A stretch of DNA of 64,000 nt from the human T2T-CHM13v2.0 reference genome, Homo sapiens. Positions 41,976-57,835 of the stretch are shown here, piece by piece. The notes below the pieces were generated by a model. The model was not told the origin of the DNA. It searched no databases and saw only the letters and a program-made list of their open reading frames with translations. Each line of letters starts with the position of its first letter. Position 1 is the stretch's first letter. Position numbers and translations under genes: made by a program. The DNA lies in the NCBI RefSeq assembly GCF_009914755.1, contig NC_060945.1, one strand, 5' to 3'.

Positions 41976-41994
41976 TGCCCACCAGGGGGCAGCG
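41976..41994 (+). promoter_or_regulatory. Candidate CTCF site
   Basis: TGCCCACCAGGGGGCAGCG, close to the CTCF core CCACCAGGGGGCGC, in non-repeat sequence. Confidence 0.65.
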
Positions 41995-42500
41995 CACGCA
42001 CCATGAGGTTGTTCACTGGGCTTATCAAGATCTATCTGGCTAGGGTTGTTTTCCAAGGATTGGGAAGAATCGCTTCGGTCCTTCTTTGGAATTTGCTCTG
42101 AAGTCTTCTTCCCTTCATTGCTCCTGTTAGATTCTCCACAACAAGTGAAGAAATGAGGAAATAGATTTCTCTTCCCACATTAAAGCAAAGTTAATAAAAT
42201 GGTCATGGGCACTGGAGAAGTCTTTGGCTTTGGTTTTGTTTATGCGATCATTTTTATGATAAAGATAGGAAAGGAAGAGTCCCAAAGCCAAGGCCATTGA
42301 GAGGAGATGAGTGGGGATTTCCACTCAAGGATGGCGAGTTGAATGCAGGGGTTAGCCTCCAGTCCCTCCTGAAACCCCACTAAAGCAACAACAGGGGAGG
42401 TATTTTGGAAGACATATAAACCTACGGAATGAAGAGAACAGAAGCAATGATAATAGCAATAAAATCTGAAAGTTTGGAAAGCAAATGTAAGTTTGGTAAC

Positions 42501-43077
42501 TGTGATGGTGAATATTAGGTGTCAACTTGATGGGATTGAGGGTGGCTGGTAAGGTATTGTTTCTGGATGTGTCTGTGAGGGTATTGCCAGAGGAAATTGA
42601 CATTGAAGTTGGTGGGCTGGGAGAGGAAAACCCACCCTTTATGTGGGTGGGCACCATCCAATCAGCTGCCAGCAAGGCTAGAGCAGAGCAGACGCAGAAG
42701 GAGAAGGTGCAATGAGCTGGCTTGCTGAAGCTTCTGGCCCTCCTTCTTCTTCCCATGCCAGACACTTGCTTCTGCTCCTCCTGCCCTTGGATATCAGACT
42801 CCAGGTTCTTTGGCCTTTGGACTCTGGGACTTGCATCAACAGTTTCCCTGAGGGTTCTCAGGCCTTTGGCTTAAAGGTTGCAATGTTGGCTTCCCTGGCT
42901 TTGAGGTTTTCGGACTTGAAGTGAGCCACTACCAGCTTCTCACTTTCCCCAGCTTGCAGATGGCCTATTGTGGGACTTTGCCTTGTAATCATGTGAGCCA
43001 ATTCTCCCTAATAAACTCCCTTTTATATATACATGCATCCTATTGGTTCTGACCTCTGGAGAACCTGGACTAATACA
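42501..43077 (+). mobile_element. MLT2A (A2-like) HERV-L solo LTR
   Basis: 'tgtgatggtgaatattaggtgtcaacttga...ctctggagaacctggactaataca'; TSD GTAAC. Confidence 0.85.
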
Positions 43078-43762
43078 GTAACTGATGCAACAGGGCTGAG
43101 AAAGCGGAACCATAAGCAGCCAGTGGGGCAAGCTAAAGTCAACCCAGTTGCTCATAAACTGGTGACACCAGAGACCTATGGAAGTGGGAATCAAGGTGGA
43201 TCTACAAGCAGAAGGACAGATTAAACATCCTTCAGGTCCTTTTAAGAAGTAGTTAGATCTCCAGCCTTCCTCGCTTATTCTTCGATGTCAGGCGAGAGAA
43301 ATGTTCGCATTCCAAACGTTGAGATCACTGGTCATTTTCCTGATCATGTTTCCAGAATAATGGTAATAAGGACTATAGCTTCCACGGGAGAGCCGTGAAG
43401 CCTTCACTGCAGCTCTTCCAATAGTATGAGAGGAAAGAGTCATACATACTGCCATCCAAGATTCCCCAGGGAAACGGCCCAAGCAGGTCACTGTGCTGAA
43501 GCCCAGACAAGCCCCATGTAAACGCACAGAGCTTACCATCAGCTGTTAGTGACCCATTATTCAATACGGGGAGATAGTTAAAGACCATTTGGTATTTGAG
43601 AACAGCCTCTAAGGCAGAACCAGAGAAAGGTGGAAAGTAACTCAGAGCTAACATAAGTTATAGAAGCTATGAAGGGAGAAGAAATGTTTAAAAATTATTA
43701 ATCATTACTATTCTAAGAATAAGCTATTGCATCCATGGAATAAGAATAAGATACTAATTTTA

Positions 43763-44926
43763 TTTTTAATTGACAAATGATAATTGTATTTATTTTATGA
43801 GCTACAAGGTGATGTTTCAGTACATGTATACATTGTGAAGTGATCAGTTCAAGCTAATTAACATATTCATCACCTCAAATAGTTATCATTTCTTTGTGGT
43901 GAGAACATTTAAAATCTACTCTGTTTCCTATTCTTAAATATAATGTATATTAACTATAGTCACCATGCTATGCAACAGATAACCAGAACCTATTTCTCCT
44001 GTCTTTGTACCCTTTGACCAGTATCTCCCCTTTCTCCATTCTCCTTTTCTCCCCTGCCCCAGCATCTGACAATCGCCATTCTTCTCCCTGTTTTCATGAA
44101 TTTGACTTTTTAAGATTCAACATATAAATAAGATCATGTGGTGTTTCTGCTCCAAACCAGTTCTCTCGAACTTAGCCAAATGTCCTCCAGGTTCATCTAT
44201 GTTGTAGTAAATGACAGATGTCCCCTTCTTTTTTTTAAGGCTGAGTAGTATTGCATTTGTGTGTGCGTGTGTGTGTATAAAATATTTTTTATATCAGGCA
44301 CTTTGGTTGTTTCCATATCTTGGCTATTGTGAAGAATGCTGCAGTGAACATGGAAGTGCAGACATCTCTTTAACATACTGACTTCAGTTCCTTTGGATAT
44401 ATACCCAGAAGTGGGGTTGCTGGATCATATGATAATTCTATTTTTAGTTTTTTCAGGAACCTCCATACTGTTTTCCATAATAACTGTACTAATTTACATT
44501 CCTGCCAGCAATATACAAGGGTTCCTTTTCTCCATATCCTCGCCAATACTTATCTTTCAACTTTTTGCTAATAGCCAGTTGAACATGTATAAGGTAATAT
44601 CTCATTGTGGTTTTAATTTTCATTTCTCTAATGATTAGAGATGTTGAGCATTTTTCATATATCTTTTGCTCATTGTATGTCTTCTTTCGAGAAATGTCTA
44701 TTTGTCTTTGGCCATTTTTTAAAGGGGTTATTTGTTTTCTTGTTTTTCAGTAGTTCGAGTTCTTTGTATATTTTGGATGTTAGCTCCTTATGCAATGTGT
44801 AATTTGAAGATATTTTCTCCCGATCTGTAGGTTGCCTCTTCACTCCACTAATTGTTTCCTTTGCTTTGCAGAAGTTTTTTTAGTTTGATGCAATCCATTT
44901 GTCTATTTTTGCTTTTGTTGCTTGTG
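43763..44926 (-). mobile_element. 5'-truncated L1MA
   Basis: L1MA-type 3' UTR and ORF2 tail; 16-bp TSD taagatactaatttta (43747-43762 / 44927-44942). Confidence 0.85.
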
Positions 44927-45959
44927 TAAGATACTAATTTTAAACAAACATTCAGAGAACAAACAAAAGTGCTTGGAAACAGGAGAAGTAAAAAAGTTAA
45001 GAAAATCTCTCAGGATATAGAGTAAAAACACGGAAAATAGGAGAGAAGAAATAATGAATTTATAGAACCACACCAGAATGTCAAACATCCAAATATGGAA
45101 AGTAGATTTAGAGACAATGGAAGGCAATTTTCCAAAGAAGCAATTCATGAAAACTTCCCAGGTATCAAGTTCCTGAATCAAGTTCCCAAGGTATCAAGTT
45201 TCACAATTGTACCTAGCACTATGGATGGATGAAAATTTATTCACTGAGACAAATCATTGTGAAATTTCATCATGATGAGAATAAAGAGAAGATCCTACAT
45301 GTTTCCAGAGAGAAAAAAGATAACATGCTTTATACAAAGGATCAACAATCAGAATGTCATTGGACTTCTCCAAAGCAATATGGTGGAAGACAACAGAGAA
45401 ATATTTCACTATTTGAAGAAAAAATATTTCTAAAGGCAGAATTTTATACCCAGCAAAACTATTAATCAAATGTAAGGGTATAAAAAATAGGTTTTCAGAC
45501 ATTCCAGGCCTTATACTAAAGCTATTGGAAGTTTTTTTTTTTTAAATAAAAAAGGAGTAAAATTTTAAAAGAGGAAGATGTATGGTCCAGGAAACAGAGA
45601 CTCCATCATAGAAGGGAGGTGAAGGAAATCTGCACTAATATAATAACTGCATAGTAGACTTATAGGACAACAATCCAGAAGGTTCCAGAAGAGACTGCTT
45701 CAAAAAGATGGAATTATTGTGCTTGAACAAATTGAGAGGAGGGCACAGTTTGGGGACAAATGATTAAAACAAACAAAAAAATTGTCTTTGTTTATAAAAA
45801 ACAAAATATCTACCTATATGGATTAGAGAAAGTAAGTCAGGTAAAAAAGGGAATTTTTAACCTCAGGAAAAGCATAAGTTGTTCAGAAATGGAAAAATAA
45901 ATGTAGTATTTATGGTTCAGTGATTCACAGTATTTAAAGAATTATAACAATGTAAACAT

Positions 45960-47110
45960 TGTTAAAAAGTAAATTGAAGCTGGTTGCTCCAGCTTACCCC
46001 TGTAATTTCAGTACTTTGGGAAGCCAAGGTGGAAGGATCACTTGAGGCCAGGAATTTGAGACCAGCCTGGGCAACATAGCGAGACCCTGACTATACAAAA
46101 ACCTTTTTTTAATTAGCCAGGAGTTGCGGTGCACACCTGTAGTCCAGCTACTTGGGAGGCTGAGGCAGGAGGATCCTTTGAGCCCAGGACATTAAGAATT
46201 CAGTGAGCTATAATCGTGCCACTGTACTCTAGTCTGGGTGACAGAGCAAGATCCTGTCTCTAAAAGAAAAATAAAATAAATTGAAGCACAACTTTAAAGA
46301 ATATATTTGAGCAAACAATGATTCATTAATCAGACAGCTCCAAACGAGGAGTATTCAAGAGCTCCACCAACAGACCACAAAGCAGGAGACTTTTATAGGA
46401 CAGATACAGAAGTAAAGCAAAGAAAAATTTGATTGGATATAGTTATCCAGTTGCCTTATTTGGTCTATGTCCGTTAGTCCATTCTTGCATTGCTATAAAG
46501 AAATACTTGAAGCTGGGTAATTTATAAAGAAAAGAGGTTTAATTGGCTCATGGTTCTGCAGGCTGCACAGGAAGTGTTGTACTGACATCTGCTTCTGGTG
46601 AGGCCTCAGGAAGCTTCCACTGGTGGCGGAAGGTGAAGAGGAAGCCAGTAAGTCATATGACAAGAGCAGGCATGGCGGCGGGGGAGGAGGGCAGGTGCAC
46701 ACACTTTTCAACAACCAGAGTTCACGTGAACTTATAGTGAGAACTCACTCATCACCAAGGGGATGGCTATTCATGAAGGATTCGCCCTCATGATCCAATA
46801 CCTCCCACCAAGCCCCACCTCCAGCACTGGGAATTACATTTCAACATGAGATTTCGGTGGGGACAAACATCCAAACCATATCAGTCCCACTGGAAAATCC
46901 CTAATTAAATAATTACAAGTTTTTGGCTACTTCTGATTGTTTGGGCTTAAATTATGTTTTTCTTTAATACAGGCATTTGCAAGAAAAATCTGAAGTTAAG
47001 TTTTGCTTATGTTTGCAATCAAGCAAGGTTTAGGTCACTTAAGAGGCCTAACTTGTTTTGTCTGCTCAGAGATTCTTCAGGCCTGACCTCCACTTTAATT
47101 TACTTGAAGA
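45960..47110 (-). mobile_element. MER67C-like ERV1 LTR containing AluJ (45981-46276) and MSTB (~46470-46883)
   Basis: 'gtctgctcagagattcttcaggcctgacctcca', 'agttgccttatttggtcta'; Alu TSD taaattgaagc; MST end 'aaacatccaaaccatatca'. Confidence 0.75.
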
Positions 47111-47470
47111 GCATCGAATATGAATCTGCAGAATTTCAGTGAAACTATAGAGGAAGAATGGAGGTAAGGGGTGTGTGTGTGTGTATGTGTGTGTGTGCGC
47201 CCACAAGCACTTGTGCATGCTCTTGTGTGTATATGTTGTATGTTATGTGAAACAGTAAAATCCTTTTTTATCTGTAGAGGAAGTCAATGTTCAATGCATA
47301 AGATGAAAACACCAAGAAATAGTAATGAAGTCATGTTATTATAGATATATGGATGTAAATATCAAAAGAATCCATTAAAATGAAAGTGATTGCTTTAGAA
47401 TTAGAAAATGGCAGAGGGAAAATGGAGAGTTGAGGAACTGCTCTCTATCATAAGCTTTAAATCTATCTTC

Positions 47471-47790
<320 letters not shown>

Positions 47791-48330
47791 CAAACAATCT
47801 AACCCTAAACTCTGTGGATTTACAACTTTCATTTTAAAAAATTTTAATAAAAGGAAGAGATCAATGGTCAAAATTATAGAGTAGTATAGCAGAATGAGAA
47901 TTAACTAAAAATCACTTCCAGGGACCAGCAGGCTACTATTTGGCAATGGAACAGTTCTGGGTTGGTCCACCCTAAGTGCTAGAGTCTGCCTCTATTCTAG
48001 GTCCCTCCTCAGTACAGGACAATTTGTTTCATGAAACTACCAAGTTGCTTTGTTACTATATATAAAAATTATTCAGATTTATCACGTCACCACCCGCTAT
48101 GAGAATTTACGCAACAAACACCGAGCGCTTGCTTCTCAATGCCTCTTTCTAACGTTGTGTCTCTATTTCTTGTACCATCTCCCCCCACCCACCCTGACAC
48201 ACATTAAATCTAATCAGGGTGTTATCTAGATTTCAATACAAGTTTGACAAGTAGACAAGTATATGAATAAGAGATTAACACAAACTCAAACTGCCCCATG
48301 TGTCCTGTCTTCATGGAAATTAGCTTGTAA

Positions 48331-48626
<296 letters not shown>

Positions 48627-49430
48627 AGTGAGTTGTTTTTTCTCTTTGTTCTCACATCATCCCTTTCTCCTTCTTGCATATCCCTAAGTTTAAGCCCCAG
48701 GTTATGCCGCATCTCCTTGATGAAGTCTTTCTGATCAGGGTCGGGCTTCCCAAAGATAACTTCTTCGTTCTCTCTCACCCTCTTACTGAAAGGCACCAAC
48801 AGCTCTTCTTAGCAATGTACTGAGTGCCTGGCACTTAGTGTTGTTTACTTTATTGTTCCAAGCTCCATCTGGGGGCAAGCTCCCCAACTGAGACATTATT
48901 AGTACTCCCTGCATCTACGAAGGACTTCGTTGGAACTTGTAGATTTGGCTCCTGAAACCACACAAAATAAAACAAAATCCTGAACATGCCTACATAAATA
49001 TGCACAAAAACACATTCAGTTCCACTGAATGGTTATTTGATGAAATTGAAATTATTTTTCATTCTTCAGGCATGACCATCATTTTGTTTAAATACAGACT
49101 TCTTATCTTTTAAAGGCATATACTAAATATGTACATATGAAATGGTATAATGTTTGGGATTTGCTTCAAAATAACTTGGTACTTGAAGAGAACTAGGTGG
49201 CAGTGTAAGTAAAATCAGAGGGCCAGGAATTTCTGCTTTTTGTGGCCCAAGGATGGGTAAATAGAGGTAATTTGTGCTATTTCCTCTATTTTTAATTTGT
49301 TAGAAATTTGTATAATAAAATATTAAATACATAAATATATATTTATATCTAAGATATAATTATAATAGATATTAAATATACGTAAGTACATATATATGCA
49401 TTCAATTATGGAATAAAGAGTGTTTGACCT

Positions 49431-49722
49431 GGCCGGGCGTGGTGGCTCATGCCTGTAATTTCAGCACTTTGGGAGGCCGAGGCAGGTGGATCACGAGGTC
49501 AGGAGTTTGAAACCAGCCCGGCCAACATGGTGAAACCCTGTCTCTACTAAAAATACAAAAAATTAGCCAGGCATGGTGGCTGGCGCCTGTAATTCCAGCT
49601 ACTCGGGAGGCTGAAGCGGGAGAATCACTTGACCTGGGAGGTGGAGTTTGCGGTGAGCCGAGATCGCACCATTGCACTCTAATCGGGGCGACAAGAGTGA
49701 AACTCCATCTAAAAAAAAAAAA
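49431..49722 (+). mobile_element. AluS (Sg-like)
   Basis: 'ggatcacgaggtcaggag'; TSD agtgtttgac. Confidence 0.9.
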
Positions 49723-50309
49723 GTGTTTGACTTTAATGAGTTATTACTTCCTGGCTTAACCCCTTTTACTTTACAGAAAAGACATAAAAAAGTGAAATTA
49801 CTTGTCTAAGTTCACAATAATGGCTGACTGTGACAATGCTGGGCCTAGACTTCAGATCTAATCATTCTAAGTGTAGTGGACTCGGAGATAGCTGAGATAG
49901 AGGAGGTGGCGGGGGAGAAGTGCTAACTGCTTTATTCTCTCATCTGAAAGCTTTAAGTCTGTTAAAAATAGAACTTGCCTAGTCAAAGTAATACTCTCAG
50001 CTATTATTATTCAATTATACCTTGGTGTGAATGAGTGTGACATCCTTTTCTGAGAAATAACCCATTAAAGAACCACAGAGGAGAAAAGAGTAGAGGCTGG
50101 AGAAAGTGCAGGACTTGAAAGACAAGGAGTCTAACCATACATTTTATCTACTCAAAATGTAGAGCAGATGCACCAGAAAATATTAACAGTGGCTATCTCT
50201 GGGTGTTAGGATAAGAGTTGCTTTTGTTTTGTTTTAGTTTTTTTATATTTTCCAAGTTTTCTGCCTAATACACATATTACTTTTATCATTCATTCTTTGT
50301 TATCTAACA

Positions 50310-50602
<293 letters not shown>

Positions 50603-50604
50603 TT

Positions 50605-51078
50605 TTGCCCCAACCTTTTTGGTACCAGGGACCAGTTTCACGGAAGACAATTTTTCCATGGATGGGGTGCGGGGGGATGGTTTCAGAATAATTCAAGTGC
50701 ATTACGCTTATTGTGCACTGATTTCTATTATTATTACATTGTGATAGACAATGAAATAATTATACAACTCACCATAATGTAGAATCAGTAGGAACCTGAG
50801 CTTGTTTTCCTGCAACTAGGTGGTCCCATCTAGGGGTGAGGGGAGACAGTGACAGGTCATCATGCATTAGATTCTCATAAATAGCAGCAATCTAGATCCC
50901 TCGCATGCGCAGTTCACAATAGCGTTCATGCTTCTCTGAGAATCTAATGCTGCCTCTGATCTGACAGGAGGTGGAGCTGAGGCAGTAATGCGAGTGATGG
51001 GGAGCAGCTGTAAATACAGATGAAGCTTGGCTCGCTTGCCTGCTGCTCAGCTCCTGCTGTGCGGGCTGGTTCCTAACG
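50605..51078. mobile_element. MER1A (hAT-Charlie)
   Basis: 'ccccaacctttttggtaccagggaccagtttcacggaagacaatttttcca...ctagatccctcgcatgcgcagttcacaatag'. Confidence 0.85.
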
Positions 51079-52240
51079 AGCAAGAAGAAACCTGGAGGAC
51101 ACTTTGGTTTCATCAAGCAACACTTGCCACCAGGAAGGCGTTGAGTGCCAATTCCACACCCAATACCCCCAGGTAGAGGAAGTCTTGGGCCTTGGGGTTT
51201 GCAGTCTAGTTTCCTGGTAGTGTCTGTCATGGGGCTGAAGACCAAGCTTCGTCTTCATGCTAGACTTTGCCCATTTGGATATTTCATATCTTGAGAGGCA
51301 AAGAGAGCTTCTGCAATGTTTGAGGCCAAAATTCAAAGCAGAGCCAGGCCCAGGAATCCCATCAAGCAAGGCCTGTTGCCCATTCTGCTACGATTCAGAT
51401 AACTTTTGAGAATATAAATGGCTCCCTGGGCCACTGTCTTAATCTTTCTATACCTTGGTGAGGCTTCTGTTAATGGTAGAATCTAGATGAAGGATAGTTT
51501 GGGCCACTTCGTAAATGTGGGTAGTGATCTTATTCAGATTAGATGATTTTGTTCAGATTAGGATGCCAAAAGTCTGGAACAAGGCAAGACCAGAAAGTCT
51601 GGTTAGGCAAGAGGCAAATGGTTTAAAACAGAGACCTTCACAATTTGGCAAGCTTTTAAATTACTTGGAGTATGCAAAATACAGTTGCCTGGACCTTACC
51701 CGAGACCCACGGGAAAACAACAACAACAACAACAGGGCAGGTTCCATGGATCTGTGCCGGGCTATTCCCCCAGAGAAATCAGGGAAAATTATGGATGTCC
51801 ATAATTCCAGACAGAATTATAGGTCCCTGAGCTTGGTTTGCTGAGATAACATGTTGCTTTTCTCTCTCTCTCTCTTTTTCTCTCTCTCAATGTCTCTCCC
51901 TTTTCAAAAGTAGATGTCACCTTTCTGATCCAATGCTTGATTGCTAGGTGGGCTGAACCAGAAGCATCACGTCTAGTTAGTCTAGATGTGGATGCAATTC
52001 AGTAATCATAAACATTAGAGCTAGAATATTGTAGGTAATTGATGTAACCAAATGAAGAACCGGAGACCCAGAGATGAAAAGTTCCTTGCCCAGATCTGCA
52101 AACTCACATCCAGGTTGCTCCCTGCCTACCCTCATCTCTTACAAGCCAGCATCCTTTTACAGCAGACTGTGGGCCCCAAAGCACAGCTGTGGACAAGAGG
52201 GCACTGTACATTCACCCCAAGGCCACCAGGGGCTTGGTCA

Positions 52241-52593
<353 letters not shown>

Positions 52594-52982
52594 AGACAAA
52601 ACCCACTTCCTTTCACCTTAGCACCCTAATGAGTAACAAGGAAGTTCAGAGATGAGTTCCTTTGCCCCAGCCTCTGCAGCAATGTGTTTTGAGAGCGCTG
52701 GGCTCCCTCGTGGTGCAGAGAGGGGACATCATCTTGCAGTGGACTTTCACAGCAGACCACACCTAAGAAGCAAAAATCCAGTCCATGTAGAGTGCATCCT
52801 CAGGCTCTAGGGGCCCATGGTCCCCTGTTCCTTGCACCATCAGATAGTCCCATGTGTGGGTCGCTGGCCTTGTTTCTGGTACCTTGCAGGGAGACCAGGC
52901 CAAGTGTGAAAATCCACCAGGGCCCTTTGCAAGCCCAAATTGAGGATTTTGTGGCCGCATTAAAATGCCTTTCTCCTTCTGA

Positions 52983-53498
<516 letters not shown>

Positions 53499-53638
53499 AC
53501 CCACTTCTTGAAGGTGATTTTTTTACATAGTGCCACCAAAACTGGTAGGCGTGGAAACAGGAGTTTACATCTTCTGAGAGCGTCCAACAGCCTCGGCTTC
53601 AGGCGCCTTATCTTATTTAATCATGACCATATTACCTC

Positions 53639-54015
53639 TGTTCTGGGCTGAATTGTACCCCCAAAATTCATATGTTGAAGCCCTAATTCCCCATTACCTA
53701 GGATTGTAACCATAACAGGAGATATGGTTTTTAAAGGGGCAATTAAGTTAAAATGAGGTCATATGAGGGGACCCTAATCCAATATGATTGGTGTCATTAT
53801 GAGAAAAAAAATTAGGACACACGCATACACAGAGGGAGTCCATGTGACAGCACAAGAAGGTGGCTGTCTACACCCAAGGTTAGAGGCCTTGGAAGAAACC
53901 AGCCCTGCTGACACCTTCATCTCAGGTTTCTAGCCTCCAGAATTGTGAGAAAATAAAATCTGCTGTTGAAGCCACCCAGTCCGTGGTATTTTGTTATGAC
54001 AGCCTTAACAAAATC
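53639..54015 (+). mobile_element. MLT1B-like LTR
   Basis: 'tgttctgggctgaattgtacccccaaaattcatatgttgaagccctaa...tagcctccagaattgtgagaaaataaa'. Confidence 0.8.
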
Positions 54016-54086
54016 ATCCAACCTCCATTTTACAGATGGGTAAACCAAGGCTTAGCCAAGTGAGTTAACTGACCCAATGGTATATA

Positions 54087-54421
<335 letters not shown>

Positions 54422-54692
54422 TGAGTATCACGGGCCCAGGTCTGATTTGTCTGATTCCAAAACTCTTATGTTTAACCCCCTCATTAACTGCCTGAAGAAG
54501 GGAGCCGGGGGACAGAATTCTAACACTCCCTGGGCAAGAGTGAACACCTAGGCTTTATGATGCTTTTAGTAAGGGGGCTGTTAGACCAATGTCTCCCACC
54601 GTACTGTTGTAATGTGGGCAGGCCTGTCTGGGGGCTTCCACAGCACGATGTTTGACTGGGGACTTGAAATGGATTTGTCACATAAATTGACT

Positions 54693-54860
54693 GACAAGTG
54701 GTTCTCAAACCTGTTTGCAAATTAAAATCTTGGGAGCAGCTAGAAAACAAGAGCCATCTTTTTGGGCCTAGCTAACAGCTGCTGGGAATGGACTCCTGAA
54801 ATCTGCATTTTTGGTAGATTCTCTGGGTGAGTCTAATGCATAGTCAAGTTTGAGAACCAA
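54693..54860. mobile_element. MER5A-like
   Basis: 'agtggttctcaaac...aaatctgcattttt..gattctctgggtgagtctaatgca..aagtttgagaacca'. Confidence 0.7.
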
Positions 54861-55537
54861 TTTAGGAGAGAAAGCATTCAAAGGATATAGTTTCCCAGTG
54901 AGGATAATTTTCATATGGGAAGGACCATTTATTTAAAAGAAATTCACAGGCAGCTCCTCAGTATTTCTGTCCCCCAGGTAACTGGCATGACCTATAGTAT
55001 GCAGGGGGACATCAAGAACCCAAGGCAACCTCTGCTGATCTTTAACAGAAGCTTCCTGCAGCTTCGGGTGCCCCCCATTCCATAGATGGATCCACCACAG
55101 CCCCAGTAACTGATCCATGTCTCCAACCAGCCAGGCAGCAGACAGGTCTTCCTTAAAGGGTCTCATGCTGCAGTTTAATGCTGTCCTCAGTTGAAGAACT
55201 TCAGTGGGGATGTAGGACATGTTTGCTACAACCCTCACGGTATGTTTTCAGGTGCATTAGCATAATTATTAGGTCATAGGCCCCAGCCCTCCAGGTGAGA
55301 GCGGCTTGGGGCCCAGCTTCTTCAGCCCAGTTGGCTGATTACATGCTTAGAATTCAGAAAACTGGCTTGTTTCTTAGGGCACTGACAAAATAAACCCCAC
55401 AGTGTCAGGGTGAAGGAATTCTGTTCTGCTGAAGTCTTTTAGATTAGAAAGGGCAACATCAGGTTCCGATTATAGCTACAAGGGATATTTCCTCATTGGG
55501 AACTCTGTCCTACCTGCCTTATAGGTTTAGACCTCCC

Positions 55538-56220
55538 CATATTAGTTATCCATTGCTGTGTAATTAAACACCCTAAAACTTATGGGCTTAAAACAACAAC
55601 AAACCGGCTGGGTGCAGTGGCTCACACCTGTAATCCCAGCACTTTGGGAGGCCGAGGCGGGTGGATCACAAGGTCGGGAGATCGAGACTATCCTGGCCAA
55701 CATGGTGAAACCCCGTTTCTACTAAAAATACAAAAATTAGTCAAACGTGATGGCACATCCTTGTAATCCCAGCTACTCAGGAGGCTGAGGCAGGAGAGTC
55801 GTTTAAACCCAGAAAGCGGAGGTTGCAGTGAGCAGAGATTGGCCACTGCACTCCAGCCTGGTGACAGAGTGAGACTCTGTCTCAAAACAACAACAACAAC
55901 AAACCTTATTTTATCTCCCAGTTCCATGGGTCACGGATTCAGGAGAAGCTTAGCTGGGTGGTTCTGACTCAGGGTCCCTCTTGAGGTTCATGTCGTGTGT
56001 CACCTGGGGATGTAGTCTTCTGAAAGCTAGATTGGGGCTGCAGGGTCTGCTTCCAAGGAGGCACACTCACACACCTGGCAAGTTGGTGCTAATTGTTGGT
56101 GGGAAACCTCAATTCCTCCCTCATGGGCTGTTCACAGCCTGCTTGAATGGCCTCACAACATGGCAGCTGGCTTCCCTCTTAGATGGTGATCCAAGAGGGA
56201 GCAAGGCAGAAGTCAGAAGT
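55538..56220 (-). mobile_element. MLT1 (F/G/H-like) LTR containing AluSc (55606-55900, +)
   Basis: 'attagttatccattgctgtgtaa..ggcttaaaacaacaacaaacc|Alu|ttattttatctcccagttccatgggtca'. Confidence 0.75.
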
Positions 56221-56224
56221 ACTT

Positions 56225-56315
56225 TCTTTCTTTTTTTTTTTTTTTGAGATGGAGTCTCGCTGTGTCGCCCAGGCTGGAATGCAGTGCCGCAATCTTGGCT
56301 CACTGCAACCTCTGC
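56225..56315 (-). mobile_element. Severely truncated Alu 3' end
   Basis: Poly-T plus about 70 bp of right arm. Confidence 0.8.
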
Positions 56316-57154
56316 TAATCTGTTTTTATATTTTCAGTTAATCTAATGCTAATTTATTATGATACCACTGGCCCAATTAACAGAACACATTATTCCAATC
56401 TGTGGTGAAACCTCCAAGATATGTGTCAAACATATATATATATATATGTTTAATGCTACCTTTATGGTTGTGAACAAAATCACTATTTATATTCAAATGT
56501 TATTTGCAGAGCCTTTACTATGTTCCAGAATGCTCTTTCGTATATTTTCCTATTAAATTTTCAAAATCACCCTATAGGCTGAGTATTTCAATGTTTGATT
56601 CATTTCCCTCCATATTCACCTCTAGAGAGGCTAGAGGACTCAATCAAAGTCACATAAGGGGAAGAACCAGTTAGTGACAGAGTCCATTTCCACCATTTGA
56701 AGCCGCATTTGTGACCCTTCACCAGCTGCTTCCTTGAGCTTGGTGAACACATGGCCTCGCTGTCTTCTCTGCGTCACTGGGACTATCTTCTGTGATCACT
56801 GAAGATGATGGTTGTGAATAATGGTGGCATCAGGAAAGTGCGGTGGCGGCCACTTACTGGGAGTTACTGGGAGCTTACTGTGTGCCAGGCATGGTGCTAA
56901 ACCCCTGCTTGTGTTGTCCACGCGGCAGGAATTATCATCATTTCACAGATTAACAGACGTAGGTGCAAAAGGCTAAGCCATTTGCCCAGGTCACAAACAA
57001 TTGTTGGGGCTGGAAATGAGGCCTCCTGTGTGACTCACATCCATGCATTTACCTGCCAGCTCCTCTCCCCAGGGCTCTGCTTCTGTAACTCTCAGTTGGC
57101 AGGTGGAGACCCTCCCTAAATGATTGATAGCCAGGTTTCCTTTGAAAAGCCTCC

Positions 57155-57524
57155 TGATATGGTTTGGCTGTGTCCCCACCCAAATCTCATCTTAAATTGT
57201 AGTTCTCATAATCCCCATCTGTCATGGGATGGACCAGGTGGGAGGTAATTGAATCATGGGGGCTGTAACCCTCATGCTGTTCTCGCGGTAGTGAGTTCTC
57301 CCGAGATCTGATGGTTTTATAAGGGGCGTTTCCCCCCTTGCTCGGCACTTCTCCTTGCTGCTGCCGTGTGAAGAAGGATGTGTTTGCTTCCCCTTCCGCC
57401 ATGATTGTAAATTTCCTGAGGCCTCCTCAGCCCCGTGGAACTGTGAGTCAATTAAACATCTTTCCTTTATAAATTACCCAGTCTCAGGTATTTCTTCATA
57501 GCAGCATGAGAACGGACTAATAGA
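57155..57524 (+). mobile_element. THE1C-like solo LTR
   Basis: 'tgatatggtttggctgtgtccccacccaaatctcatctt...aacggactaataga'. Confidence 0.9.
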
Positions 57525-57835
57525 CTTTGCTTTCCACACTTGCTGCAGTTCCTCAAAACATCACGTAATTGTTTTTATCTGTGTCGACTTTGCAATGTTT
57601 CTCCTAAGCAGTTATATTGCGTTATCAGGTGATTGGGTGAAAACCCAGTTTGGGGGTCAAAATAATTTTATTTCTCTGCTTGATAAATGCTATGTTGTAG
57701 TATTAAGTAATAATGGTAGTGATTTGTAGGAATCAGGAGCATCAGCAGCAAAAGCGAAAAAAAATCATAGGAAAGTCTACTTCATTCATTAAAAATGCTT
57801 ACAATGGAGAGAAGTTAATTTCACCATAACAATAG

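Larger units (their letters stand above)
42330..47460 (+). mobile_element. HAL1/old L1 ORF1-bearing element, fragmented by nested insertions
   Basis: ORF 45229 RQIIVKFHHDENKEKILHVSREKK resembles L1 ORF1p; 'agaattttatacccagcaaaactattaatcaa'; no ORF2 recognisable downstream. Confidence 0.55.
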
